In this document: one piece after another, positions 22,496-32,276 of the stretch | How positions within the stretch are numbered: the stretch's first letter is position 1 | Layout of the letters: each line of letters begins with the position of its first letter | DNA from: Escherichia phage BF17 | Direction: 5' to 3' (one strand) | Length of the DNA stretch: 64,000 nucleotides | Sequence record: MW822008.1 | The notes under the pieces: generated by a model | Seen by the model: only the letters and a program-made list of their open reading frames with translations | What the model was told of the DNA's origin: nothing | The model's database searches: none | Program-made: the position numbers and the translations under genes

Positions 22496-22993
22496 ATGAC
22501 GACTGTTTATATTGATAAACGCTTGGGAGTATTACTTACTGATTCAAAAGTGACATCAACTGAGCAACGTTCATTTTTGAACCTATTCCCGTTGAAGCCA
22601 AAACTTAGTTATGGTGTAGTTTCACAAAAAACATTGTATGTACACGACCGACTGTTTAGTGCTTGCGGTGAAGTTAGTGAAATTAACAAAGTACTGAGAT
22701 ACTTGATTTCACAAGAGACTGTGATACCAGACCGCAAGGCGAGTTGTCACTGTGTTCTTGTGTCAAAAGATTACATCATTCACTTAATCGTTAATAAGGG
22801 TAAGTTTACCAAGAAGATTGATTATCTCCATAATGATTATACATTCTTTATGGGTAGTGGTGGTGAATACATGCTTGATGCAGCAGTACATGAAGAGTAT
22901 AATACTCTTCTTGATAAGGTATTTGATACCTTCATGGATGTTCATAACCATGATATCTATACCGATGATAATATTAATGTATACCGTTTTTGA
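22496..22993 (+). CDS. hypothetical protein
   Basis: 165-aa ORF. Confidence 0.65.
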   Translation: MTTVYIDKRLGVLLTDSKVTSTEQRSFLNLFPLKPKLSYGVVSQKTLYVHDRLFSACGEVSEINKVLRYLISQETVIPDRKASCHCVLVSKDYIIHLIVNKGKFTKKIDYLHNDYTFFMGSGGEYMLDAAVHEEYNTLLDKVFDTFMDVHNHDIYTDDNINVYRF

Positions 22994-23015
22994 TTTCATT
23001 CATTAGGAGAAGTAA

Positions 23016-23984
23016 GTGAAAAAGCTTGATTTAAATGCAATTTCTGAAGAAGTACTGGATGAGTGTTTTGCTAGTGAAGAAGTCAACGTATTAGAGGCTC
23101 TTGATTCCGTCGAAGAAGAAGAAGAACATGACGGTCACAAGTTTGAGAAACCAAAAACAGGTATCAGCTTAACTCGCCCTAAAGGGATAACGAATGAAAT
23201 GCTCATCCAAGCAGTGCGTGATGGTATTGACGTTGAAAAGAACATTGACCTTTTGGTTCGCTACAACTATCCAATGGTAGTAAGTGTTGCACGTAAGTGT
23301 ACATGTTTTATCCCATTTGAAGATAAGATTTCTTATGGTGTTGAAGGTTTAATGCGAGCAATTCATACGTTCGACACTACCAAAAATGTTAAGTTCATTA
23401 CATATGCAACAACAACTGTGTACATGACAATCTATAACGAAAGTGCAGATGCTAATTATCTAGTGCATTTCCCACGTTATATGAGTGTTAATAACATTTA
23501 TGTGAAACGTTGTGTAGAAGAGTATCAAAGGAAACATGGTAAATACCCAACTCCTGAGATGGTGTCAAAAGAGACTGGTATTGAGATTCAACACGTTAAG
23601 AATTGTCTAACTTACAATAACACTTATGTAGCATTGAATATGAAAATGAGTAATGATTCAGAAAGTACATTATCTGACATTGTTACTTCAGTTGAACCTG
23701 ATTACAACTTAGGCGTAGAAACTGTCAGTACCCCACTGGTACAAAGTATTGCAGAAATGATGAGTAACCTATCTGCCAAAGACCGTGAATTGATTGAACG
23801 TGTACATGGTATTGGTTCTTATTCTGAACCAGAAACGCTACGAGAAATCATTGAGAGTGGTTTTGAAGATGAGAAGGGTAAGGTCATGACTGCTCGTTCT
23901 TCATTGCACCGCAAGTACTCTGAAGCAATGGAACGTCTTCGTAAGATGGTGAAGACGCAAGGTTACGAGTTCGAAGATTTTTAA
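23016..23984 (+). CDS. sigma-70 family RNA polymerase sigma factor (phage-encoded)
   Basis: GTG start after AGGAGA RBS; GVEGLMRAIHTFD...FITYATTTVYMTI resembles sigma70 region 2; C-terminal ...TLREI...RSSLHRKYSEAMERLRK resembles region 4. Confidence 0.6.
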   Translation: MKKLDLNAISEEVLDECFASEEVNVLEALDSVEEEEEHDGHKFEKPKTGISLTRPKGITNEMLIQAVRDGIDVEKNIDLLVRYNYPMVVSVARKCTCFIPFEDKISYGVEGLMRAIHTFDTTKNVKFITYATTTVYMTIYNESADANYLVHFPRYMSVNNIYVKRCVEEYQRKHGKYPTPEMVSKETGIEIQHVKNCLTYNNTYVALNMKMSNDSESTLSDIVTSVEPDYNLGVETVSTPLVQSIAEMMSNLSAKDRELIERVHGIGSYSEPETLREIIESGFEDEKGKVMTARSSLHRKYSEAMERLRKMVKTQGYEFEDF

Positions 23985-23991
23985 GATTAAA

Positions 23992-24017
23992 GGGTTGACT
24001 TCGGTCAGCCTTTTTTT
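23992..24017 (+). terminator. intrinsic terminator (GGTTGAC-TTCG-GTCAGCC + T7), member of repeated hairpin family
   Basis: 7-bp stem with TTCG loop followed by TTTTTTT, directly after sigma factor gene. Confidence 0.7.
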
Positions 24018-24551
24018 ATGGGACAAATTTATTAATGGTGATACAATGATCTATGTACAATCACAATGACAGTACTGGTACTGACAATCTTCCCCTACTT
24101 CACTTGAAAATGTAAAGGATAGATGAGCTTTTCATTGTAGCGAACAGCAAAAGAAACCCGTTAGATGTGGGCATAGTTTGAACCCCTCACGGCAATGCGG
24201 CTGTATAAAGAACCACGTTAGGATAGCTGGTGGTTCCTTGATAGACATATAAGGATAACACCTTACGAATTATCTAAGGGAGAGTTATCGAATTTTGTAC
24301 AGGAAAGTTGCGTCCAAAATTTGAGTACTCACATTAAGTATTTGATTGCATAGATACTTAATGAAGATACACTATGTTTAAAAGTGTAGACCGTCATATG
24401 AAACTGAAGTAGAGAGAAACAGGATGACCCGCTTTCGCACTCATTATGAGTAATCTTCAATGCAATAGCTCTGATACCATCAGCGTCAAATTCCCCTCCA
24501 TGCGGGGGGAAGAAAAATCCCTTCCTCAAATCCCGTCAATATTAAAAGTCC

Positions 24552-24580
24552 TTGACAGTTATGATTCATTCGCGTAGAAT
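24552..24580 (+). promoter_or_regulatory. sigma70-like promoter TTGACA-N17-TAGAAT
   Basis: Upstream of ORF 24645 and the HNH gene. Confidence 0.5.
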
Positions 24581-24644
24581 ACGTAGTATTAGAAGCGAAC
24601 AGACATCTCGAAGAGATGGATGATTAACCACTAAGGAATATCTA

Positions 24645-24854
24645 ATGAATTCAGTAATCTTTTTAATTATTGCTCTTTCACCACAATCTGGTGTACAAAT
24701 CACCCCAATGAATTCAATGAATCAATGCATTGCAGTACGTGACAGTACGTATGAACAAGTAAACAGCGTATCACTTAGAACAGTTGGTGAAGAATTAATG
24801 TGGTGTTACAATAGTAATACTAAAGAGAAACTTATTGTTGGACAAACAAAATGA
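24645..24854 (+). CDS. hypothetical protein
   Basis: 69-aa ORF. Confidence 0.45.
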   Translation: MNSVIFLIIALSPQSGVQITPMNSMNQCIAVRDSTYEQVNSVSLRTVGEELMWCYNSNTKEKLIVGQTK

Positions 24855-25078
24855 GTTATGGTGTTCGTTTTGAGATTCGTTCTATTGTTACCAACAACAA
24901 GAAAGAAGCATCGGTGGATGGATCTATACGCGAATTATATCTATCATGTATCCGTGCCAAATCAGAAGCTGATGCATTAGCACAAATGTTTAGTTTTAAT
25001 TTCTTACATGGATACTATTTGGTAAGAGTTATCGAAGTTAAAAAAGTAAATTTTGGGTGTCTTGAAGGAGAACTATGA
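24851..25078 (+). CDS. hypothetical protein
   Basis: 75-aa ORF, ATGA overlap. Confidence 0.45.
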   Translation: MSYGVRFEIRSIVTNNKKEASVDGSIRELYLSCIRAKSEADALAQMFSFNFLHGYYLVRVIEVKKVNFGCLEGEL

Positions 25079-25873
25079 ATGAATACTATTGATGAATTGA
25101 TTCGCCGGAATTCAAAATACTACGAACCATCAGAAATTGTAGGTAACATTACTAAATCTGAGTTCGGCCCAAATACGCGAAAACTCATTCATGTCATGTC
25201 TCGTGATGGCTTTAAATGTGATTGTTGTGGTGAATCCAATGTGGTATTCACTTTGCATAAACACAGTACTAAAGACCGTTATAAATTCAGACCTTATGTA
25301 CTTAAAGGGAAACGCCTTGTACGCATGACGTTAGACCATAATGTACTGGACTGTCTCCAGGGCGGTAATGATAAAGAGAACATGACTGCACTGTGTGAGG
25401 ATTGTAACGCATTACGCCAGCATAAGTTTGCTGAGTACAGTGAGTTTAAACACTGGTATCATAACGCGGATCGTTCAATTGAGCCGGACGTTAACTACTG
25501 CTTTATTGAGTACATTAAGAATGCCAAAGATACATACATTCTAAAATCAATGTCACCTATTACAGTGTTCCCTGAGAATCTATTCAGTACTATGCAGCGT
25601 GATTTTAAACGTGGTATCATGAATGCATTCAAACACTTAGACAAAGGTATCAAGCACTTTGAGGTGCAATGCTTAAATGAAGGAATGAATCGTTTAGTAC
25701 AAATTTACATGAAATCATTTATAGGTGTTGACAACGCACGTCTACCAGTATATAATTACTTCATTGAAAGCGAAGAAGGTGAATCACTTCGTGATTATGG
25801 TGAAAGATTTAATAATAAAGTCTTCACTGCAATCGCAAACGAGATTCATTACTATAAACCGTATGTAATTTAA
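25079..25873 (+). CDS. HNH endonuclease (freestanding homing-endonuclease-like)
   Basis: CDCCGE zinc motif then LDHNV...GGNDKENMTALCEDCNALRQHK matches the HNH pattern; GAAGGAG RBS. Confidence 0.75.
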   Translation: MNTIDELIRRNSKYYEPSEIVGNITKSEFGPNTRKLIHVMSRDGFKCDCCGESNVVFTLHKHSTKDRYKFRPYVLKGKRLVRMTLDHNVLDCLQGGNDKENMTALCEDCNALRQHKFAEYSEFKHWYHNADRSIEPDVNYCFIEYIKNAKDTYILKSMSPITVFPENLFSTMQRDFKRGIMNAFKHLDKGIKHFEVQCLNEGMNRLVQIYMKSFIGVDNARLPVYNYFIESEEGESLRDYGERFNNKVFTAIANEIHYYKPYVI

Positions 25874-25887
25874 TTAGAGGATATATC

Positions 25888-26070
25888 ATGCAAATCATCA
25901 TTCTTATCGTAGGTATCATTCTTGGTGTATATGGTCACTCCTGGATGAACGAGAAGTTCCCTAATACCCGTCCTGAGTATTGCAGTACTAATGTATTCCA
26001 GAATGGTGAGAAACCAAAGGATAGTATTGGTAAGAAACTGGACAAAGTACTTGACGTAATCAACGAATAA
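25888..26070 (+). CDS. small membrane protein
   Basis: 60-aa ORF with N-terminal hydrophobic helix. Confidence 0.45.
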   Translation: MQIIILIVGIILGVYGHSWMNEKFPNTRPEYCSTNVFQNGEKPKDSIGKKLDKVLDVINE

Positions 26071-26079
26071 GGGTAAAGT

Positions 26080-26280
26080 ATGTTTAAATCAAATACAAAT
26101 GTTGGTAAGAAGGTTCAATTACTTGAGGATGTATCCACTATGAGTGGAACCTTCACTAAAGGTCACATCATGACTATTATTGCCGAAACATCCCGTGGGT
26201 GGGATTTGGAAGATGCTGATGGTAATCGCATCCTTGAGGCTGGATACTTTGGTCATATTGAATATAAAATCCTTGATTAA
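26080..26280 (+). CDS. hypothetical protein
   Basis: 66-aa ORF. Confidence 0.5.
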   Translation: MFKSNTNVGKKVQLLEDVSTMSGTFTKGHIMTIIAETSRGWDLEDADGNRILEAGYFGHIEYKILD

Positions 26281-26375
26281 GGATGCAACATGACTTTAGA
26301 GATTGTCTTTGGTATTGTTAGCTTAGTCGTCTGTGTGGGTTGGTTTGGGTATCTGATGATTTTTGGTGATTAATA

Positions 26376-26403
26376 CTTGACATAAGATATCAGTACTGTA
26401 TAA
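26376..26403 (+). promoter_or_regulatory. sigma70-like promoter TTGACA-N16-TATAAT
   Basis: ...CAGTACTGTATAATGTTTATATCAAA, shared with 26725 and 41550. Confidence 0.6.
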
Positions 26404-26449
26404 TGTTTATATCAAACGACACCCACTTTAACAAATAATAGGAAATATT

Positions 26450-26728
26450 ATGTCTTTTACCAAAGAAGAACGTGACCTTATTAAAAAAGCAATCTGGTTT
26501 TATGCTAATGAAGGGGAGTGCGATGAAGAAAAAGCACGTGAACTGTGTAATATCCTTGAGCAGAAACAAGAACTGAAAGTTTATCGTATCCGTGTTTTGG
26601 ATGACGGGGATCGTATTGTCCTAGCTGAAACAAAAGAAGAAGCAGAACAAATCTTCACTGATAAAAACGAAAATCCACATTGGATGGAAGAAGTCTGTGA
26701 AGTAAAAAAAGGTACTTATATCGATTGA
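26450..26728 (+). CDS. hypothetical protein
   Basis: 92-aa ORF. Confidence 0.55.
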   Translation: MSFTKEERDLIKKAIWFYANEGECDEEKARELCNILEQKQELKVYRIRVLDDGDRIVLAETKEEAEQIFTDKNENPHWMEEVCEVKKGTYID

Positions 26729-26753
26729 CTGTACTGAATAATAGCAGTATAAT
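26725..26753 (+). promoter_or_regulatory. sigma70-like promoter TTGACT-N17-TATAAT
   Basis: Same family as 26376. Confidence 0.55.
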
Positions 26754-26846
26754 GTTTATATCAAAGGGAATGCAGTGAAAGGAAAGACAGCATAATCGTA
26801 CTCGTCACTGCGTTTCCACCCTTTTAAATTAAATGAGGAATTAACT

Positions 26847-27155
26847 ATGTTTCAAACTAACACTCAAGGTTTTGTAATCATCGATTTGAACCAAAACAGC
26901 GGTTATTGGATGAAACCTACTGACGCATGTATGCAGTTTGATTTTTTAGGTTACAGGATTAGTGTAAGTACTGGTGCTTCTGTACTGCGTGGTGGTTGTA
27001 TCGTTGAACATCTGGTAACTGATCCAGAAGGTCGTGAGTATGAAATCGCAGGTTCAGTACAAGATGCCATTATGTTTGTATGTCAGCGTGAAATGAATAG
27101 TTCGAATTCAAATGCACTGACTCATGCTCTTTCTCAAGAAGTGGAGGTTCGTTAA
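26847..27155 (+). CDS. hypothetical protein
   Basis: 102-aa ORF, GAGGAA RBS. Confidence 0.6.
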   Translation: MFQTNTQGFVIIDLNQNSGYWMKPTDACMQFDFLGYRISVSTGASVLRGGCIVEHLVTDPEGREYEIAGSVQDAIMFVCQREMNSSNSNALTHALSQEVEVR

Positions 27156-27406
27156 TGAAATATATCGTAGCAGTACTCGTTGCATTTTTACTCACTGCAT
27201 GTGACGCTTCAACAAAAGAACGCACAAGTGATTTTATTCTCCCTATTGAATTACAAGAAGCAGGATGTAAGATTTATCGTATGCAAAAGGACGGTGCTGG
27301 TGTAACCTTGTATACAGTTTATTGCCCTAATGCAAATACCAGTACTGGATACAGCAGCGGTAAAACACGAATCAATACTTCAGTGATTAATGGAGTACAA
27401 CAATGA
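27155..27406 (+). CDS. putative lipoprotein
   Basis: Signal peptide ending in lipobox-like LTAC. Confidence 0.6.
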   Translation: MKYIVAVLVAFLLTACDASTKERTSDFILPIELQEAGCKIYRMQKDGAGVTLYTVYCPNANTSTGYSSGKTRINTSVINGVQQ

Positions 27407-27771
27407 GCCTTGATACAACCCGTGCAACAGATTTATTAACTCGTATGAATAATGAAGAATTTCTTGCTGAAATAAAGTACAAGCTTGAAAAACTGGCACG
27501 AAGTGCTGAAGTAATTGAAGTTGAAGGTCACTTACCAATGGACCAATTCAATACGTTCAACGAAGATATGGTTTATTATCCAAATGAAATTTGGATTGAG
27601 TGGGAGTCATGGACTAACAAAACTCTACGCATTGAAGGTTATTGTGTGAATTATGAATCTGAACCTGGTGATGTTACAAAAACTCTCTCCATTTGGTGTA
27701 CAAAAACACATGAACTCGTTGAGGTGAATTTGAATTATATGAAAGGTTTCCGTTGGGGTGATGTTCAATGA
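27403..27771 (+). CDS. hypothetical protein
   Basis: 122-aa ORF, ATGA overlap. Confidence 0.6.
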   Translation: MSLDTTRATDLLTRMNNEEFLAEIKYKLEKLARSAEVIEVEGHLPMDQFNTFNEDMVYYPNEIWIEWESWTNKTLRIEGYCVNYESEPGDVTKTLSIWCTKTHELVEVNLNYMKGFRWGDVQ

Positions 27772-28043
27772 TTAAAAAACTATTGACAGTTGTCTTTGTA
27801 TTCTGTACAATGTTTCTTACAGCATGTAATGATGACGGCAGGTTTAGTGCAAAAGACTTAGTTCGTCAGGATTGTACATTCACAGGTAAGTCTTTTATTA
27901 ACGAGTATGAAATATGTACACAATCAGGTCGTATCTGTGGTGGTTGGGAAAAACGTCAGGAGCGATTGTATGTATATGAATGCCCTGGTCATCTCAACAA
28001 AGTACTAAGCACACACAAACTTGTTTATGATAAGGTTGAATAA
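27768..28043 (+). CDS. putative lipoprotein
   Basis: Signal peptide ending in LTAC lipobox-like motif. Confidence 0.6.
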   Translation: MIKKLLTVVFVFCTMFLTACNDDGRFSAKDLVRQDCTFTGKSFINEYEICTQSGRICGGWEKRQERLYVYECPGHLNKVLSTHKLVYDKVE

Positions 28044-28258
28044 TGACTACCAATGAAATGATGCAGGTTATTTGGGATAAAGGTTGCGATCTTAAAATCA
28101 CCAGTACTGATGTTCGTGTATTCAAAACTGAATATATGGAGTACTTGGACCTTGATACTTATAATAATATTGTATCAATTGAACACAAAGGTGCAGTACT
28201 GGAAACAATTGACGTAGTACTGAAGAAAGCTACCGACCTATTAGGAGCGGCAGTGTGA
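28043..28258 (+). CDS. hypothetical protein
   Basis: 71-aa ORF. Confidence 0.55.
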   Translation: MTTNEMMQVIWDKGCDLKITSTDVRVFKTEYMEYLDLDTYNNIVSIEHKGAVLETIDVVLKKATDLLGAAV

Positions 28259-28401
28259 ATAACAAAGAGTGGGAAGAGTACCGTAAGAAGTGCAGGGAGT
28301 TTGATAAAGAACTAACTGGTACAGTGAATGCAGTAATGTGGGTATCTGTAATTATTGCAGTTCTTGCGTTGGGTGCTATTATTATTAATAAATTATTCTA
28401 A
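28255..28401 (+). CDS. small membrane-anchored protein (GTG start)
   Basis: 48-codon frame from GTG 7 nt after AGGAG; C-terminal hydrophobic helix; not in ORF track. Confidence 0.4.
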   Translation: MNNKEWEEYRKKCREFDKELTGTVNAVMWVSVIIAVLALGAIIINKLF

Positions 28402-28411
28402 GGCGAATATC

Positions 28412-28612
28412 ATGTTTACTTTATATCTCGCAGTAGTTCTCACCAATGGTGAAATCACTCGTACTATTGGTGAAGGTGTATATAAAACACCAGACCAGTG
28501 CTACTCTGCTACTCATTGGCCTCGCGATAGTGGGGATGAAACTCGCACTGAATTCAAATGCATGAAAGTAAAAGGTGATTTTGTTAACCTTAAGGTTATC
28601 GAGGCGAAATAA
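28412..28612 (+). CDS. hypothetical protein
   Basis: ORF track 28355-28612 trimmed to ATG 28412. Confidence 0.5.
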   Translation: MFTLYLAVVLTNGEITRTIGEGVYKTPDQCYSATHWPRDSGDETRTEFKCMKVKGDFVNLKVIEAK

Positions 28613-29127
28613 TGGATATTAATGAGTTGTTGATCTTATTGTTTAATCGTGGAAATGATGTAAGACGTTCTGAATATCAAGACAAAATTCACATTGAAAC
28701 TGATAAATGTTATGGTAAAACAACTCATGAGATTTTGAAGCCAAATGGCAAACGATATGCCGATGTATGTTTTCATGAACGAAGTGATGGTAGTGAAATA
28801 ATCAGTACTGAAATTGTGTTTTATGATAGATCCTCGGCAGGTTCGTATGAAATAGAACTTATATATTGTCCTGGTTCAGAAACACACAATAAACGTCAGA
28901 TATTATATGATGTTTATTCACCTCCAGGTGTAGCTGAATATTTTGTTATTGATTACAGTACTGAAGAAAGTGTGTTTCAACAGAGCTTGATTCATAACTT
29001 CCAGTTGAATGATCCAAATGTACCAAAGTTGTTCAAACTACTCGATACTATCGATGTTGATTTTGAATTTGTTATGTGCATTAGAACTTCCTTGATCGAT
29101 GAATTTATGGAACTACTTAATATATGA
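28612..29127 (+). CDS. hypothetical protein (EE-x-F-Q motif family)
   Basis: 171-aa ORF; STEESVFQQSLI motif. Confidence 0.65.
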   Translation: MDINELLILLFNRGNDVRRSEYQDKIHIETDKCYGKTTHEILKPNGKRYADVCFHERSDGSEIISTEIVFYDRSSAGSYEIELIYCPGSETHNKRQILYDVYSPPGVAEYFVIDYSTEESVFQQSLIHNFQLNDPNVPKLFKLLDTIDVDFEFVMCIRTSLIDEFMELLNI

Positions 29128-29345
29128 ATCGTTACTACATTGTGTATGAGCATGTATCTGAGTTTAATAATGTACGTGGTTATAAGAAAGAAGTACAGAA
29201 GATTGATGTATTTGTTCGTGCATTAAGTCCAACACATGCACTATTTAAATTGTTTGATGAAGTAACTAAGTACAACACACCAAAAACACAACGCTATATT
29301 GAAACAGTACATAGTGTAATACTCACTGAATATGATGGAGAATGA
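29124..29345 (+). CDS. hypothetical protein
   Basis: 73-aa ORF, ATGA overlap. Confidence 0.55.
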   Translation: MNRYYIVYEHVSEFNNVRGYKKEVQKIDVFVRALSPTHALFKLFDEVTKYNTPKTQRYIETVHSVILTEYDGE

Positions 29346-29348
29346 CAA

Positions 29349-29567
29349 ATGAATTTATATCTAGTTGAAGGGTCAGTACAAGTATCCAAGCAAGACGGAG
29401 AAGGGTATCGTTTTTCACATGTAGAATATTTTAAGTACGTAGTAAAGGCCGATGGTCAGTACGACGCAGAAATTCAGGTTGAAGAATCATTCCGTAAGAA
29501 GAATGATATTGGTAAATTTGAATACCAAGACTTACAATTCACTGTATGGCCTAGCATTAATGACTAA
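29349..29567 (+). CDS. hypothetical protein
   Basis: 72-aa ORF. Confidence 0.55.
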   Translation: MNLYLVEGSVQVSKQDGEGYRFSHVEYFKYVVKADGQYDAEIQVEESFRKKNDIGKFEYQDLQFTVWPSIND

Positions 29568-29806
29568 GATGTGGTGGTGTCATGGTGTCTACAATGTCTA
29601 TGAATATGGTAGATTCAAAATGAGCAGCACCTATGCCAGACGTGTTAATGCGAAAAACCAAGTTGATGCTGCTTGTGAGATTGTAGAGTGGTATGCAGAG
29701 TTCAATGCCATTGATTTTATGTACGAAATAGTTACAATAAATGTTGTACAAATTGACACGTCTTTGATATAATAACTGTATCAAAACAACCGCAACTGAG
29801 GATACT

Positions 29807-30469
29807 ATGTTAGTTAATCTTAATTTCATCACTTCTCCTGATTGGGCATTGCGTGGTGTTTCTTTGAACTTTAAAGAAACTAATTTCGACAACATTGGTG
29901 ATTGTACTTTAGTTAATGCTACATTTGATCCTCATCATCCTTTTTGGGCTGAAATTCATGATCCTAATGTAAACAATAGTACATCTGTTATGACTATTGT
30001 ACAGACGAAACATACAGGTATCCTCGCAGGTTACAGACCAGGACATGCGATTGAACACTTCACTGATTATGATGTAGTGGATGAGTATCCAATGATCCAT
30101 GAAGATGGAAGTTTATACACGTCAGAAGACTTCCGTGCTATCTTTAATAGTACTGATAACATTCTACCAAGTGGTCGTCCACGCCCTGAGTCTTATCTTA
30201 TGCACTCGTCTTATGGTGTAGCAGATACGCTTGAACAGATTTTGACGAAGTACAAGAACCTTATTGAAGGTCCAGAAGAAATTGTCATGTGCTATCATCC
30301 AGTCCTGAAGTCTGACCAACCAGAGAGTGGTGGGTGGCGTTGGCATAAGAATGGTGAGTACATTGGTACTAAGCGTAGTAAAGAACGCTTTGAGTACTTG
30401 TATGATGAGCCAGATGTTGAGGTTGTTTTATGTTATAATTTTCTTAAGGTGAAAAAGAAATGTATCTAG
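29807..30469 (+). CDS. hypothetical protein
   Basis: 220-aa ORF, GAGGA RBS. Confidence 0.7.
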   Translation: MLVNLNFITSPDWALRGVSLNFKETNFDNIGDCTLVNATFDPHHPFWAEIHDPNVNNSTSVMTIVQTKHTGILAGYRPGHAIEHFTDYDVVDEYPMIHEDGSLYTSEDFRAIFNSTDNILPSGRPRPESYLMHSSYGVADTLEQILTKYKNLIEGPEEIVMCYHPVLKSDQPESGGWRWHKNGEYIGTKRSKERFEYLYDEPDVEVVLCYNFLKVKKKCI

Positions 30470-30702
30470 TATTGAGTTTTGTAGTTGCATTATTGTTTAT
30501 GTTCTACCCTACACTAGTAGCAGTAGCCACTAAACGAAAGCTGGTGGATATCACTACTGTATTCTTGCTAAACGTGGCACTCGTTCTAGTGTCTATTATC
30601 ATTCCCGTGAGCTTTACGGTTATTGATATGGCATCTGTATTACTATTCGTCTTCAGTTATCTTATGCTTATTGAAGAAAAACCTGTTGACAAACGTTTGT
30701 AG
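30460..30702 (+). CDS. small membrane protein
   Basis: 80-aa ORF, hydrophobic. Confidence 0.55.
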   Translation: MYLVLSFVVALLFMFYPTLVAVATKRKLVDITTVFLLNVALVLVSIIIPVSFTVIDMASVLLFVFSYLMLIEEKPVDKRL

Positions 30703-30713
30703 TACTGTATAAT
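30686..30713 (+). promoter_or_regulatory. sigma70-like promoter TTGACA-N16-TATAAT
   Basis: -35 overlaps 3' end of upstream ORF. Confidence 0.5.
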
Positions 30714-30760
30714 GGTTCTTGTAGTCTGAAACTTAACACTTAAACTTGAGGATATAAAAC

Positions 30761-31087
30761 ATGTTATCAGTTCTAATTTCAATTCCTGCTCTAATTCTGT
30801 TATGGGTTATGGTTTTCGAATTCTTCATTAAAGACGAAACCGAGCGTGATGAGTTTCGTGAGTTGTTTATGTTAGACTCACCCATTGTACGAATCTTCTT
30901 CGTTGTAGTACTTATTTCAGTACTGTCATGGTTAGTAAGTTTTGTATTACCAATTGGACCATTTGTTTCAATTATGAATTTAGTTGAGAACATTGTTGGT
31001 ATTGTGTGGTTTACTAATGCATTGTTTGCTGGTAAAGTTTCCATTTGGTTTGATATCTTGAAAGATAAACTAACTAGTAAGAAGTAA
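30761..31087 (+). CDS. membrane protein
   Basis: 108-aa ORF, GAGGA RBS, hydrophobic. Confidence 0.6.
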   Translation: MLSVLISIPALILLWVMVFEFFIKDETERDEFRELFMLDSPIVRIFFVVVLISVLSWLVSFVLPIGPFVSIMNLVENIVGIVWFTNALFAGKVSIWFDILKDKLTSKK

Positions 31088-31165
31088 CGTTCAAAAAGTC
31101 TCTAATAGTATTAAATACTTCTGTACAAATAATATGTGCAGAAGTATTGCTCGTTAGAGGTTATA

Positions 31166-31531
31166 ATGAAAAAATATATAAGAATGATAATGGTGTTTGT
31201 AGTATTCATGCTTTATTCAAGGTTCAGTACAGCCGTACCTGCTTACCTTGATTGTATGGGAAACGATGGAACATGGCATGTACTTTCTAATGACCCACAA
31301 AATGGAAACAATATTGTCGTAGATAATGAGGTTTACCGTTTCAGGGCCGAGAGTTTGATTGGGAATAAAAAGGTATCGACATATAAATCAGATGCTGGTA
31401 TAATAGCAAATGTAATATTGATAGTGGACCCCAAGACAAAGGATGGGGATATTTACATAGTCATTTATCAAGATTCGTCGAACAAACGCGATCAGGATAT
31501 TGATAAATTGAATATTCATTGTGAACTTTAA
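31166..31531 (+). CDS. hypothetical secreted protein
   Basis: ORF track 31136-31531 trimmed to ATG 31166 after AGAGG; signal-peptide-like N-terminus. Confidence 0.6.
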   Translation: MKKYIRMIMVFVVFMLYSRFSTAVPAYLDCMGNDGTWHVLSNDPQNGNNIVVDNEVYRFRAESLIGNKKVSTYKSDAGIIANVILIVDPKTKDGDIYIVIYQDSSNKRDQDIDKLNIHCEL

Positions 31532-31541
31532 GGTATAACAA

Positions 31542-31925
31542 ATGATAAACGATGTAATGCTTTATGTATTAATTACTCCGATTCTTATTAACTCAGTAAT
31601 AACTATTTCAATGGCATTATTTGGTATAGTAGCAATTGTTTATGCGGTTAGTACTGGAAAGTATACTTTAATTAGTAAGGTTGATTCATGGTTCGCATCT
31701 GATAGTGTACCATATTCAGCTAGTATGATTACGATTGGTATTCTAATCGTTGCATTTACACTGCACTGTATTGGTTTTATTAATACAAGTATTTTTTCAG
31801 TTTTTATTGGTCTATCATTATATCCATCACTTTGGTACTTGATTTATGTAATCGATGTTTGGTATAATAACTACAAGCAGTACAAAGTGAAGAAATCCAT
31901 TTTATCCAAAGGAAACAAATCATGA
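31542..31925 (+). CDS. membrane protein
   Basis: 127-aa ORF, multiple hydrophobic segments. Confidence 0.6.
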   Translation: MINDVMLYVLITPILINSVITISMALFGIVAIVYAVSTGKYTLISKVDSWFASDSVPYSASMITIGILIVAFTLHCIGFINTSIFSVFIGLSLYPSLWYLIYVIDVWYNNYKQYKVKKSILSKGNKS

Positions 31926-32272
31926 AAGTAATTTTGTTTTTTGTTTGTATGATTATATGTGGTATGTCTTATGCAGAACCATTACCTGGACTAGTCTGTA
32001 CTGAAGGTGATATTAAACACATTTACCAAGGTGATAGCGATGACCATACTATCGTTTATATCGATGGTGAAGTGTATAATTTTGTTAAAGAACATACTGT
32101 AGGTGACATTAGTTTTACGCAGTACTCGAATGATACTGATCCCAATATGCTTGCATTTCTTCAAGTTGATGTATATGAAGAAAGTAATGGCGAACAGTAT
32201 GTTAAACTTGTGATGATGCGTAAGGCAGCAAAACAGGCAACATTCGGTGGCTTGTGTAAATATGAGGACTAA
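31922..32272 (+). CDS. hypothetical secreted protein
   Basis: 116-aa ORF; signal peptide; resembles 31166 ORF (…IVxxDxEVYxF…). Confidence 0.6.
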   Translation: MKVILFFVCMIICGMSYAEPLPGLVCTEGDIKHIYQGDSDDHTIVYIDGEVYNFVKEHTVGDISFTQYSNDTDPNMLAFLQVDVYEESNGEQYVKLVMMRKAAKQATFGGLCKYED

Positions 32273-32276
32273 ACAT

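Noticed and set aside
24329-24529. Minus-strand 66-aa ORF in the ORF-free segment
   Set aside because: No RBS or promoter context and antisense to the local transcription direction.
25079-25873. HNH gene as part of a group I intron
   Set aside because: No split host gene or flanking exon halves are visible; best treated as a freestanding endonuclease.
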